A stretch of 64,000 nt of DNA from Eledone cirrhosa (lineage: Eukaryota): assembly GCA_964016885.1 (NCBI GenBank), contig OZ024747.1:37696001-37760000 (forward strand). The letters are read 5' to 3'. The stretch's first letter is position 1. The number at the start of each line of letters is the position of its first letter. Shown in pieces: positions 1-13,400 of the stretch. Under the pieces are notes generated by a model, which saw only the letters and a list, made by a program, of their open reading frames with translations, was not told the origin of the DNA and did no database searches. The position numbers and the translations under genes were made by a program.

Positions 1-191
1 TGTGTGTGCGTGTGTTGCTGTCTCGCTTGAGTGTGTGTGTGTGTGCCTGTGTTGTTGCCTTGTTCCACTGTATTGGCAGTGTAGTATGTTCGTATGGTGG
101 AATGCTACTGTGTGTGTGTGTATGCGTGTGTTGCTGTCTCGCTTGTGTGTGTGTGTGTGTGTGTGCGTGTGTTGCTGCATCGTTTGTTAAC

Positions 192-3024
192 TTAAACCAA
201 CCACCTCATTTCGCTTCTCTCGGATCGGTTGTTTAATTGTGGCCCTAGGCGTTTGATCCAAAGTGTTTCCTTGATACGTAACGTGCCGACGTTTCTTTCT
301 GTCGCTAGAATTGTGACAATGGGCCTTCCGTCTTTGTTTCCGCATTTGGCTATGTGTTTCCGGAAAGACGAGGCCCTGGTTTTAGTGTGTTCCTTGATCC
401 GGATGTGCAACGGCCGGATTGTGCTACCTATATAGTATTGGTTGCACTTGTTACATTCTATCTCATACACGACGTATGTGCGTAGGCAACAGTTCGCATC
501 GCGCATCGGGAAGTCTCTGAGGGAGCTCGCGTCAGTTGATTTCCCGGGTTTCCTGGAGAGGCAACTTCGCAGAGAGGGGCCCGAGTGGGCCAGGTGGATG
601 TCGAGGCCCTCCTTCCGTATAGCCTTGCGGATAGCGTTGGTGGTATTCTCGCCCAGGTGTGGCATTTTAAGGAAGCACTTGCCTTGGGTGCCTCTCTGTC
701 TCTTGTGTCTGGTGTCTCCTACTCTGTCTGTGAGCGAGGTAGGGTACCCGTTCGTCTCCAGCACCTCGAGGAATCGCTTAGTTTGAGTGACACCACTCGC
801 GGGATCGCTGCATCTGTTTTTGATTCGCGCGATCTCGTTCGTGATGTATCCTCTTTTGGCACTGTTAGGGTGGGCAGACTGCCTTTCGGTAGAAGTTGCA
901 GTGTATTCCTCCCTGTTCCGTGATGTTGATTCGGAAGTCGAGGAGGGCAAGTGACCCGTCTTCGTTGGGGTGTTCAACACTGAAATCAATGTTCTCGTCC
1001 GTGTTGTTGAACGTCTCATAGATTCTGTTCGCCATGTCTTGGGAAGTGTGAGGATGAGGATATTGTCCACGTACCTTGAGAAAAAGGCGACGGCGTTGGG
1101 GTGGCAGGCGTTGAGTGCCTTGCGCTCGAGGTTGTCCATGTAAGAGATCGCTAGCACACCCGACAGGCTTGATCCCATGGGCAGTCACGAGGTTTGTTGG
1201 TATGTTTGGTCAAGGAATCCGAAGTAGGTGTTGTCGACGACGATGGATAGGAGTTGGTGGATGTCAGTGGTTGTGAGCCCAAAGCAGTGTAGGTCGGTGA
1301 ATTGGACGCGTTCCATCAGTATATTGACGGCCGGGCCTGCCGGGGCCGAGGTGTAGAGTGCGACTACATCAAGGCTGAAGGCATATCTGTTATTCTTTCT
1401 GATGTCGGGATCCATTTGATGTAGGCGCTTCAACACCTCCTCGGAGCTGTTAACGTATCCCGGCAAGGTGTCTAAGATGGGTTTGAGTATTCTGGCTAGG
1501 AGCCATGAAATTTTGTTGAGTTGTCCTTCTACGCTCGATACAATGGGCCTGATCTTCAGGTCGGGTCCCTGTTTGTGTGTTTTCACGAGGTGGTAGAAGG
1601 CGGGTAGTCTGCTGTTCTTCGTGAGGCGGTTGTATCTCAGCTTCTTCGGAAGCTTCCGCCGGTCGCAGATGTTGGTCCAGGCGGCGTTGATGTGCTCTTC
1701 TATCTGCGCGGGAGTGATTCCCGTGACCTTGGAGTAGAGGTTGTCATCGTTAAGGTGTTGGAGGGCCAGGGTGTTGTAGGCCTCTCTGCTGATGACGCAG
1801 AATTCTTTTCTCTTGTCTGAGGGGAGGTAGATGAGGTTCTTCGATTTTAGGCTGGAGAGAGTGGTGAGTTGAGATTTGGTGAGGTTGTGTGTAGTGCGTG
1901 TGTGTGTGTGTTTGTGAAGTATATCCGAGATGGAGTGTTTTAGCCTGATGAGTTTAGTGTCGAGTTCGTGGTTGGTGGTGGTGGTGGTGGTGGTGGTGGT
2001 GGTGGTGGGGGAGTGGGTTGTCGGGTGGTAAGTGGGGAACTTGGGGTGGGTTGCGTGGGCGCTGTTATTTTCTGTGGCGCTGTTGATGGCGGTCACCCAT
2101 TTAAGTTGGTAAGCGGCTCGACAAAAGTTGGCCTCGATGTTGAGTTTGAGTCTGTCGTCGAGTCGTTGTGAGACGATGAACTTGGGTCCGAGGTGTAGGA
2201 GTTTCAGCTCGTCGTTCGTGAGAGTGCCGGTTAGGTCGGGGACCAGGTGCGTCGCATCGTTGATGTGTGGCTCGGTGTTGGTGGATGCGGCGGTGGCGGT
2301 TGTTAAGTTGTTGTTTTCCACGTGGTTCTGGTCCGTCTGTTCGTTAGTGTCGATGTTCTCGTTGTGGATCCACTCATATTTTCGCTTGAGCCGTTTTTTC
2401 TCGTATTGGACTCTGGAGTGGTAGCACTGGTCGATTGCTTTAGTGATTTTCAGGAGCAAGTTGCCGGGTGCTATTGACAGTCGATGTGTCCGCTCTGAGA
2501 GTGTCTACTTATGGATGTGTAATTGGCGGTTGAGATGTCTCAGGATCTGTTTAATACACGTACGATGTATGCGGTTAGTGGTGTTTTGGAAAGCTGGTGT
2601 ACGTAGGCTTACTGGTAAGCGGATGTTGGGGATGACATCGTTTTTTAGGCAGCGTTTCAGGAAAATAATTTGACAGCCAGCATTGGCCCATTTCTCCGAC
2701 AGTCTAAACAGTTCCCTTACGGATGCAAACAATTCCTGGCTCAGGTGTAAGGATAAGAGAGTATTGAAGTTTGCTTGAAGCATTGTGGAATAATAAGGTA
2801 AATTTCTTTAAGTCGTTTGGAAGCCTCGACAATGCAGATGGGTAAATCCGTGTTGTTATTTTTATTTTTATCATTTACGCTCTATCCTTCATTCCTCTAC
2901 ACGTCTTATATACGCCACGCATCTCAACGTACACCCACTTACATCTCTCTCTCTACCACCGGATCCTGTTACCCGGAGATTTACCCATCTGCATTGTCGA
3001 AGCTTCCAAACGACTTAAAGAAAT
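192..3024 (-). mobile_element. Penelope-like retroelement (family A), near full length, frameshifted RT + GIY-YIG ORF with short inverted 5' segment
   Basis: Broken ORFs 2783-192 give PLE motifs: KIRPIVS, FSLDVVALYT, MGSSLSGVLA, FSRYVDN (YVDD in the 62 kb copy), LALLDFRI, and GIY-YIG VVYEIECNKCNQYYIGST..LHIRIKEH. 2802-2848 is inverted at 2978-3024 next to (TA)n. Confidence 0.93.
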
Positions 3025-3056
3025 ATATATATATATATATATATAGTATATATATA

Positions 3057-3132
<76 letters not shown>

Positions 3133-3165
3133 TATATATATATAGTAGATGGTAATAAGAAAAGT

Positions 3166-3229
3166 AGCCCCTCATCAGCTGTTTACTGTGGATCATAGAT
3201 GTTTCGGCGCTTAAAACAGGACATCGATC
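3166..3229 (-). ncRNA. Hammerhead ribozyme motif, non-circularly permuted strand order (copy 1)
   Basis: Minus strand reads gatcgat-GTC-ctgttt-ta-agcgcc-GAAAC-atc-tatgatccacagt-aaacag-CTGATGA-ggggct. All three stems can form but in NUH, GAAA, CUGAUGA order. Confidence 0.7.
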
Positions 3230-3643
3230 GGCAGCGTGCCCGAGGCCTTTCATCCATCAAAAGGCCACGAGGGAAAGAAATGATAGTGAAGAGAGAGTAA
3301 GAAAGAAAAAAAGGGAAAGAGGAAAGAACGAAGTAAACATACCGAATAGAAGGGGGAACACAACACAATAGCACATGTACGTAACCGAGGATATAAGCCC
3401 GGTGGCCGTATAACTGCGGAGCAAGATTTTTCTGTGGCGATCTCAGTAAACTGCGTGTAGAGAGAGAGAGAGAGAGAGAGAGAGACGGATGAACCGGAAG
3501 TGCAAGGGGGTAAGTGAGAGGGGTAGAGAGAGAGGGAGGAGAAGGGAAAGGGAGTTAATCCAAAAGGGGTTTACGATACGTGTGTGACCAGGCCGAAAAC
3601 GAGCAGGTGGAAAGGGGGGAAGAGAGAGAGAGAGAGAGAGAGA

Positions 3644-3694
<51 letters not shown>

Positions 3695-3833
3695 AGAGAA
3701 AGAGAAAGAGAAAGAGAAAAGTAAGAGAGAGTCGATATGAAAGCGTGCTGGGACAAAAAATCGAGCAAAACAGGTAGAGAGGAGGTCACAGCAGTAAATA
3801 CAAAAATATAAGTAAAGAGGCAGGCGCGCCTAC

Positions 3834-3897
3834 GATCGATGTCCTGTTTTAAGCACCGAAACATCTATGAACCGCAGTAAACAGCTGATGAAGGGCT
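3834..3897 (+). ncRNA. Hammerhead ribozyme motif, non-circularly permuted strand order (copy 2)
   Basis: gatcgat-GTC(3841-3843)-ctgttt-ta-agcacc-GAAAC(3858-3862)-atc...aaacag-CTGATGA(3885-3891)-agggct. Confidence 0.7.
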
Positions 3898-3994
3898 ACT
3901 TTTCTTCTCTTGATTACGTCACGATTACCATCGTACACTTTGTTTACAGTAACCATACAGCCTGCCTCTTTATCTGTATTTTTGTATATACATA

Positions 3995-4880
3995 TGAAGA
4001 AATGGCGACCATCAACCACATAGATATAACAGAGGAAGATATGGTATCCGCCATAGACGGAATTCGAACAAACTTAGCTGCTGGACCTGATGGATTCCCA
4101 GCAGCCCTCCTAAAAACATATAAGCATGCCTTAGCAAGTCCATTGACGACCCTCTTCAGAATCTCCTTGGCTAGCGGTAAACTACCCAGATAGCTGAAAG
4201 AAGGCACAATATACCCTATCCATAAAGCAGGTAGCAGAACGGAGGCCAAAAACTACAGGCCATTCTCCCTGACGTCACATATCCGTAAGGTCATGAAATG
4301 AATCATCAGAAAGAAACTGATGACGTTCTTCGAGTAAAATGACCACCTGACTGGCACGCAGCATGGCTTCATCCAGAAAGAATCTGCCTTACACAGCTAT
4401 TACAACACTATGACTGGGTTCTGAAACAACTGGACAGCCCACATGTGGACGTGATATATCTTGACTTCGCGAAGGCCTTTGACAAGGTCGACCACGGAAT
4501 GATACATCACAAACTACACAGACTCGGCATAACTGGAAAAGTAGGTGAGTGGCTGCATGATTTCTTAAAATAAAGAAGCCAGGCAGTTTCAGCCAATGGG
4601 GCCCTCTCAAAGGAAACATCAATAACAAGTGGGGTTCCCCAGGGCACAGTCTTGAGACCACTACTGTTTTTGGTGGCTCTCTAAGACATAGCCTCTGTAG
4701 TACATACAATATCCCTCCCTCACTAGCTATGCTGATGACACAAAGGAAGCCCAGGCAATCAAAACTCGGCTGAAGCTGGCCTTTTACAACAAGTTCTGTA
4801 TGCCATATATAAATGGGCTGAGGACAACAACATGCAGTTTAATGGTGGAAAATTTCAAGCCCTACAATACCAACGGACAC
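3995..4880 (+). pseudogene. CR1-group LINE reverse transcriptase fragment, decayed
   Basis: AAGPDGFPAALLK, NYRPFSLTSH, QHGF, DVIYLDFAKAFDKVDHG, SGVPQGTVL, YADDTK with stops and frameshifts. Confidence 0.9.
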
Positions 4881-4906
4881 AGGCACACATATACGCACAT
4901 ACATAC

Positions 4907-4960
<54 letters not shown>

Positions 4961-4964
<4 letters not shown>

Positions 4965-5317
4965 AAGTTATATTTAAAATTGTTGGGTTACAACTAGTAA
5001 ATATTTATAACTGATATAAAAGCACTCGACAAATATTTGGAGTATATTTACAATATTAAATAAATGGAAAACTATATTTATAAAACCATATTTATTTCAT
5101 TATATATATTTCGGGGATATCATATTAACAATATGCTATGCCTTCATCAGACAAAATACAATATAAACAGTTTTATAGATAAAAATCTATAAAACTGTTT
5201 ATATTGTATTTTGTCTGATGAAGGCATAGCATATTGTTAATATGATATCCCCGAAATATATATAATGAAATAAATATGGTTTTATAAATCTAGTTTTCCA
5301 TTTATTTAATATTTAAT

Positions 5318-5321
<4 letters not shown>
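4961..5321. mobile_element. Short fold-back PLE pLTR remnant (family H1) with HHRs on both strands, flanked by (TA)n
   Basis: Near-perfect palindrome centred about 5183. Related copies at 9858-10185, 14178-14575 and 39403-39830. Confidence 0.8.
5207..5272 (+). ncRNA. Minimal type I hammerhead ribozyme (family H1); mirror copy on minus strand at 5093-5158
   Basis: tattttgt-CTGATGA(5215-5221)-a-stem II-GAAA(5253-5256)-tatat-ATA-atgaaata, with an 8-bp stem I. Other copies: 9988-10053 (-, CTGAGGA), 39536-39601 (-) and 39720-39785 (+, CTGACGA). Confidence 0.8.
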
Positions 5322-5361
<40 letters not shown>

Positions 5362-5781
5362 GACGTTAATATGTCCAAGGATACTAGGTACCCCTAGAAA
5401 TACATAGGTTGTCTATGATTCAAGGTTGTTCAATGGTATTAATTTGATACACCAGAACTTTAATATTAAGATAAGCAGAACAAGTAAAATTCAATCAATT
5501 CTTTAAAATACATTAAACAATATAATATAAATATTTACCTCTCCTAGTGGCCCTTACTGATCAGTTCATTTTTCTCCGTTATGTTGAGAACAAATCTGTT
5601 ATTCTATTTAGCTGCTATTTTTTTTAGTAGTAATTGTAGACAGCAAGTCTTTGATTTTCCCGCTTTTACTTCGGTCCAGTTTACATACGGGTCACTTTTA
5701 CGACCTTTCAGACCTTTATTTGCTGGCAGGAGGTCATATATTTTGTCGTTCCTGGGACGTTTAGCCCTAGGAAAGGAAAAT

Positions 5782-5863
5782 GCTTCTCTGATGAGCTTTG
5801 GTTTTCCATCATAAATCCATCGGATTTATGAGGTTTTACAAAGCGAAACTGATCAGTAAGGGC
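5782..5863 (+). ncRNA. Type I hammerhead ribozyme in inverted-repeat element 5360-5951
   Basis: CTGATGA(5788-5794)-gctttg...cataaatcc-atc-ggatttatg...caaagc-GAAA(5845-5848)-ctgatca-GTA. Stem III is the palindrome actgatcagt. Arms 5461-5566 / 5847-5951. Confidence 0.8.
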
Positions 5864-6158
5864 CACTAGGAGAGGTAAATATTTATATTATATTTTTTAA
5901 TGTATTTTAAAGAATTGATTGAATTTTACTTGTTTTGCTTATCTTAATATATATATATATATATATATATATAGGAGGAAGTTATAGTTCACTTGAAACA
6001 TTGTGTAATGAGGTATAAACGTTTGTATTTGTAAAGCCAAAACAATGCAGGTATGGATATAGAATATAAATGCAAATGCAAAAGATATTGTTGACAATTA
6101 GTCTTTTACCTTAAATTTATTTAAATATACTTAATTTTTTGGCTTTACAAATACAAAC

Positions 6159-6205
<47 letters not shown>

Positions 6206-7009
6206 GTATGTGTGCGCGTATATATGTGCCTGTGTCTGTGTTCATGTTTACTATTTGTCTATGTTCCGTTCCTTAGCGGGTAAACAAAAAGAGATTGATA
6301 ACATAAGCGCTAGACTTGGAGAAATAAGTAGAGTGGCGTAGTATATATGATCGAGAAAATCTGTTCAAGATGGTGCCCCAACATGGTCGCTTTTGAATGA
6401 CTGCAACTAGTAAATGAATAAACGTAAATGTGTTTCTGATAATTGAGAATCTCTATATTTAGAATTATGCATGTTACTTGCAACGGTAAGTCAATTTTTA
6501 TATTCCGTTAATTTATCAATTTGGTTTTTTGATATTAAATATAGCGAAAACCTTTTCTCGCCTTAATACGTTAGGAGCTTTTGTGCCTAACGCACGTTAC
6601 TCCGGTAATAATGCAATTCAACAAATTTGTCTATTTTACTTATCCGAATTTTGATTCAGATGTAAAACTATGTCTATTTGCTGTGATTTTTCTTCACATG
6701 AAAGACTGATTAAGTTTAACGAGTCGATAAATCGGCTTTCAAATCGAATTTGGTTTTCAACTCTAGGCAGAAAACAGTTTATTTATAATTTACACTTATT
6801 TAAAAAATGTTGCATATAAGAATCTTCTTATGTCTTGATCGAGAAATATTTTGTTTGATTAAAAAAAAAAAAATTATTTTTTCAAAACATACTGTGTGTA
6901 GGTACACTGTATTCCTGTATGTGGTAAGGTTGACTAAAAGGGTTAACGCCAGGATGGGTATCCAGCCGTAAAACAATGAGGGACATATTGTAGGTATGAA
7001 GTTTGTTAT

Positions 7010-7225
7010 GTGTTCTGCAGAATTATTGCCTGCCTCTGGGATTGTGGACCCGGGGTGTGACCGCCCACTTCCTCTTTACACCACAGTCCGTCGAGACCTC
7101 TGGCGTCATTGGTCTTCATACTGCTGAGGAGGGAGCCGCGCGAAATGGGGTGGCTGTTGCAGCGGGTGTCTCTGGCCATTCTCCTCGGTAACGCTTTTGC
7201 CGGTTTGTCTACGGGGCGTGGCTGA
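7010..7225 (+). pseudogene. 3' relic of CRE-like non-LTR retrotransposon (restriction-like endonuclease C-terminus)
   Basis: FTPQSVETSGVIG then, in another frame, EPREMGWLLQRVSLAILLGNA, matching the F.P...ET.G..G / QR.S.A...GNA pattern. Confidence 0.7.
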
Positions 7226-7846
7226 GGGACCGCCAAGTCTGGGGTGTAGTGACTGTCCCTCCCACTCTCCCTTCCTTTCGCTTTTTCTCCTTTTCATTTT
7301 CTTTTTCTCTTCTTCCTTTTCTGTCCTCTTACATAGTATGTCTTTAACGTTGCTTAATTAAACTTAACTGTTATATTTGCATTCAGTATTGCAAGATAAA
7401 CGTATTTCACATATGTAAACATATCTGAAAGATATCTATTCTACACCCATCTTTTCGTTCGGCTGAGTTTTCAAAGGATGTTTAAAAAAGTATAAACGAA
7501 TTTCTTTACACAATTCGGAAAGCGCGCCCACATTTCCACGCGATAACCAGAAAAATACTTCATTATGTGGCCTTGATGATACAAACTTTCAACATATTCG
7601 CATAATGAATCGAGGCGTCTTGAATTTATTGGTCTTAATTCAGTTTTATAGCATCGTTTACTATTAATTTCAGATCTTGAGGGGTACGTGGACAGGCTGA
7701 AAAGTTCAGAGGCTGACTATGAAGCAGTAATGATAGAGATAAAAAATCTTGCATGCATAAATTTCAAATGTTATTGATAATTGGGAAGGTATAATGCCCC
7801 AGATCATCTAGGAAAGTATTATCTCTGAATATAGACTGACTAATAC

Positions 7847-7972
<126 letters not shown>

Positions 7973-8047
7973 CATACACAGACATATATATATATATACA
8001 TACATACATATATATATATACATAAATACATATATATATATATATAG

Positions 8048-8088
<41 letters not shown>

Positions 8089-8413
8089 CATACGCGAGCA
8101 CACACACACACACATATATATACATACATATATATACATACAAACACACACACATATATATATACATATATATATATATTAAAATAACAGATTAAAGTTT
8201 AAGCAAAGAATCGCTGCTTTCACCCTTAACAGGATCTTCTTCCTTATCGAGCCCTCTTTGGATTTTAGTCTTCAAATTTATTATTATTACTAAATATATT
8301 ATTATTTTATTATTATTATTTCATTATTATTATTATTATTTTATTATTATTACTAAATATATATATATGTATATGTATATATATATGTATATGTATATAT
8401 ACAGTATATGTAT

Positions 8414-8461
<48 letters not shown>

Positions 8462-8759
8462 GTATATATATAGACAGACTCTCGCTATTCCCTGTCAATA
8501 ATGTACTCAAAGGAGAAGGAATAGCGAGAGTCCATGGCTCCGTTAATTTATCATGATATTTCGCTCCTTATAACAGTCTTTCCTCTTTCTCTGTTTGGTT
8601 GAGAACACTTCTCTGAGTGGTTTTGGGCTGCCCTTTCTAGCAGCTCTTCCCTCAGACGCCACTGGTTCCCTGTCCTAAACAGGCTGTGACTTCTCTCTCC
8701 CACGTGTAGCTGAACAGTCGCTTTAAATTCTCTTAGAGTTGTCTGGAATGTATAGCCTT

Positions 8760-8842
8760 ACACACGCTGATGAACCATGGGTTATTTCATTTCAATCAAC
8801 AACTTTTTGGCGAAACAGATCTCTTTGGATTTGTACGTGTGT
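8760..8842 (+). ncRNA. Type I hammerhead ribozyme with complete stem III, inside pLTR-like insert 8475-9005
   Basis: acacacg-CTGATGA(8767-8773)-stem II-GAAA(8812-8815)-cagatct-cttt-ggattt-GTA(8833-8835)-cgtgtgt. The insert's 3' end recurs as the palindrome 18131-18262. Confidence 0.8.
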
Positions 8843-9013
8843 TATGTAGTTATAGAGGTGCGTATTTACACTTTAGTTTATATCTTTAATTATCGTGTGA
8901 CTACCCTGCCTTCCATAGGTTATAGATTCCATACAATGGTGGTTTTTCTCTGTTTTATTGATGGCGTACTATCTCTCTCTAGTGTGTTACCTTTTCAACA
9001 TATTGTATATATG

Positions 9014-9077
<64 letters not shown>

Positions 9078-9792
9078 TATATATATACATATATATATAT
9101 ATATATAAGTATATATATACATATATATATATAAGTATATATGCACATATATATATATAAGTATATATACATACATATATATATCTAAGTAAAAAATTAA
9201 GATAAATGAATTAAATGAATTTAATCTAAATCGAAATCATGGGTGTCATGACATAATGCATGCGCCATAAATCCTGAGAATTTAAGCTCAAAGATAAATA
9301 CACCTGAGCATATTATAATAACTAGAGATTGATTAACATATAAAAATACATGAATAATCACAGGAGATAATTTAAGCTTGCGTGTAACCGCGCATAGCTA
9401 GTTTAGGCAATATTTACCTTTAAGAGTGATTAACTTTCCTTGTATTTATCCCATTAAAGAAATATATTTCACCAATTAATCAGATGGTAAGTCACGGAGA
9501 GTGGATATTATTGGATTGTCAACAAGGAAATTGATAATAATCCAGCTATTCGAGCTTACAGAGCGAGATCAAATCTTCAACTATCCGCTACCACGTGTTG
9601 CGTCCACACAAGATAGCGGTTTCGTTTCAGTGGCGTGAAAAGGTATTCGACAACTAGAAATAGCAGTCAAAATTCTTCTCAACAGAAATAGCTCTACAAT
9701 TAAGGAGCCGTATATATATATCTATTTTTATATGTTAATCAATCTCTAGTTATTACATACATATATATATGTATATATGCATATTATATATA

Positions 9793-9859
<67 letters not shown>

Positions 9860-10180
9860 AAAGTTATATTTAAAATTGTTGGGTTACAACTAGTAAATAT
9901 TTATAACTGATATAAAAGCACTCGAAAAATATTTGGAGTATGTTTACAATATTAAATAAATGGAAACTATATTTATAAAACCATATTTATTTCATTATAT
10001 ATATTTCAGGGATATCATATTAACAATATGCTATGCCTTCCTCAGACAAAATACAATATAAACAGTCAATTAACACTTAGAATTTAATATTCTATCATAC
10101 TATTTCATTATAATACCATTAAAAATTTTAAAGGATTGTAAATAAAACGAGTAAATCAGACAAAGTTGGAATTCCTCTTA

Positions 10181-10381
<201 letters not shown>

Positions 10382-10411
10382 CATATATATATACCTATAT
10401 ATACATATATA

Positions 10412-13400
10412 TCTAAGGCGGGTAAAATTCCCGAGATCCATGGACGAGTTCTCTCCAGCGGTCTCTGTCCCTCATTATCTCTGCCATATCCTGCATCTCC
10501 AACAGACCAGTGTCTGTCCTTAGGGCATCAACATATGTTAACCTTGGTCTTCCTCTTCTAGTGTGTCCATGTAGGGGCTCCCAAAGGAGCACTGAGTGCA
10601 ATGTCAACTCTGGATGTCGGTGAGCATGTCCAGCCAACCTCAATCTCCTCTGTGTCATTTTGAGCTGACTTTTGGGATGCTCCCATACAGCTCTGAGTTT
10701 TTCATCCTCAGTGTATACTGATTAATGTTCAGAGCCATCCTCAGCATTCTCGTGTAGCACCCATCCACCATCTGAGTGAGTCTCTTGGTCAGTGTCCAAG
10801 TCTCAGACCCATACAGCAGCACAGACTCCACTACAGCAATGAAGAGGCGGATTTTCAGGTCTCTACGAAGGTCCGACTTCCACACCGATCTCAAGCTGTG
10901 ACACGCCGCCCAGGCCTTGCTCTTCCTCTCAACCACATCATCTTCCGTATTCCCAATCTTTGCTCCCAAATACAGGAAGTCCTCAACCAATTCCAGCGGC
11001 TTCCCGCCTACATTAGTGATCCCCTCTGGCTTCTCAACATTCTCTACCAGATATTTTGTTTTAGTCTCATTCATTCTCAGCCCCACACTCATCGACACAG
11101 TCTCAACCTCCCGCATCAAATCCTCTGCCTCCTTCACTGTATTTGTCACCAAAACTATGTCGTCGGCAAATTCAGCATCCGATACCTTTTTCGCCCCAAC
11201 TCTCCTGCTCTGAGCCGGTGCTACAGTAAAGCCAGAGTCCTGGTGATTTTCCAGTGCAAGGCGCATACAATAGTCCACTACGATGATAAAAAGGTAGGGA
11301 GCCAATGTATCTCCCTGGAGCACTCCAGCCAGTATCTCAAAGAACTCTGTCATCCCATCAGGTGTAATGACTTGGGCTTTGGTGTTTGTGTAGAGCAGTG
11401 ATATCAGGTCCACTATCCTCTTGGGGATTCCATAAGCCTGTAAGATCTTCATCAGGCAGTAACGGTCCACAGAATCAAAGGCCTTCCTAAAGTCAATGAA
11501 AACCATGACCGCAGGAAGGCACTTTGCTCTAGCTCCCTCTAATATCCTCCTCAGCATCAGGATGTGACTGGTGGTTGATCTACCCTCTCTGAAGCCGTTC
11601 TGGTTGTCCCTGAGCTTCTTCTCCATCTCAGGCTGGATCCTGTTAAGAATCATCCTGTTGAGAGTCTTTGCCACAAGTGACGCAGTGAGATCCCCCGGTA
11701 GTTGTTGGTGTTAGAGAGATCTCCCTTCTTTGGCACTGGGACGATGTTACTGATCCTCCACCGATTCGGGGCAAATCCTTTCTCCAGTGCCCCGTTACAG
11801 AACCCCAGGATGATATCATCAAAATCACACCTCTTCATCACCTCTGATGCCACTACATCTTCTCCATGAGCCTTGCCCTCCTTGATCTTCTTCTTGGCTC
11901 TCTGAAGCTGCTCTCTGGTGAAGGGCTCTGTCTCAACATCCAGTTCCTCAAACAGCCGCCTGATCTCCCCAGTGCTCTGGGCTGTGGAGGGTGACTCTCC
12001 TAGTAGGGTCCTAAAATGGTCTAACCATTTCCTCTTCCTATCCTCGGGCCCCGTTCCCTGGATCTGACTCGAACACCTTTTCTTCCTCCCTGTGATCTCG
12101 TTGATGATCATCCAGCTCTCCTTACATCCAGATCTGTCAACCGCCCTCTCCACACTTCTGATCTTCTCTATCAGTGTCTCCTCTCTGACCTCAGTGTAAG
12201 CGGTACAGAGCTCTTCCCTCATCACCTCCACAGTCTCCATCCTCTCCTCCGTAGGATCAGCATAGAATTGGTCCCTGGCAGCTTTCAGCTTTTGGGTTTG
12301 CAGAGCTGACGTGCTTCCCTTTGTTCTTTTTCCTCGGCACCAGGGTTTCACTTGCTTTCGCCACTGCATTGGTGAAGTGCCCGTACCTCCTCGTCACACT
12401 CTTCTCAGTCCATCCAATCTCTCTCTCCTCTGACTCTCCACACAGAGCACTAAACCTGTTTCTCACTTCCACTGTGAACCTCTCCTGTAGCTTATCATCT
12501 TCCTTGAAAGCTCCCCAGTCATAGATTGTTCTCCGGGGCTGAGCCTCGCTCTTTGTTAAGCTCACGCGGACCTCACTCATAACAAGCCGGTGGTCACTAC
12601 CCAGTGTACTGAAATAGCTGTATGGTTCCGTGTTCAGAACACTATTCCGCCACTTTTTCCTCACCAGAATGAAATCAATCTGGGACTTGGACAGGTGCAT
12701 ATCTGAGATGTAGGTCCACATCTACCCCAGATTCTTCCTAAACCTTAGTTTGGTCGCCATCAAGTTCGCCTCCAGCAGGGTGTCTCTCAGTAGTCTTCCA
12801 TTTCGGTTGGTGTTGTTATGGAAGTACCAGCAAGGATCTTCACTGCCCTCCTTACTCAGATGTGCATTGAAGTCCCCCAAAACAAGTAGGATATTGTGTG
12901 CCTGAGTGGTGTTGACAGCTCTACACACCTCCTCATGGAACTCCTCGGCATTCACATCACTGTCCCCCTCGGTTGGACTATAGGCTGAGATGACTGTCAG
13001 TCTTGGGTTTCCATTGAAGGTCACCCTCAACACTTGCGGGGAGATAGGCATTATTTCCCTCACCAACAGATTGGTTTTTGCACTGAACACAAAACCCACT
13101 CCTCCTACTGCAGCATTTGTTGTGTTCTTCAGTGCCGATGTAGTGATGAGCTGGCGCTTCCTCCCGATCATCACACTCCTCACGGGCTCATCGTGTAGAA
13201 TACTATGTTCTTGGATCGCAAGTATCTGTATACCACTCTCCTCGAACAGATGTCCCAACTCCTCTCTCTTCTCCAGCGTTCGAATAGTCCTCATTTTTCA
13301 AAGTGCCCATTTTGATGGCTCTTCTGCAGGACAAAACTGCATTCTTTATATTTGTCTCAGAGACAGCTGATCCATCATCCACTGGTCCTCTCTGTGGCTC

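Larger units (their letters stand above)
3146..3990. mobile_element. PLE pseudo-LTR-like non-coding unit with two inverted segments and (GA)n tracts
   Basis: About 3157-3232 is inverted at 3833-3906, and about 3795-3824 is inverted at 3959-3988. Carries the permuted HHR motif and lies next to family A. Confidence 0.6.

Noticed and set aside
9445-9490. Possible minus-strand hammerhead (CTGATTA..GAAA)
   Set aside because: Core deviates at G8 and stems II and I are not convincing.
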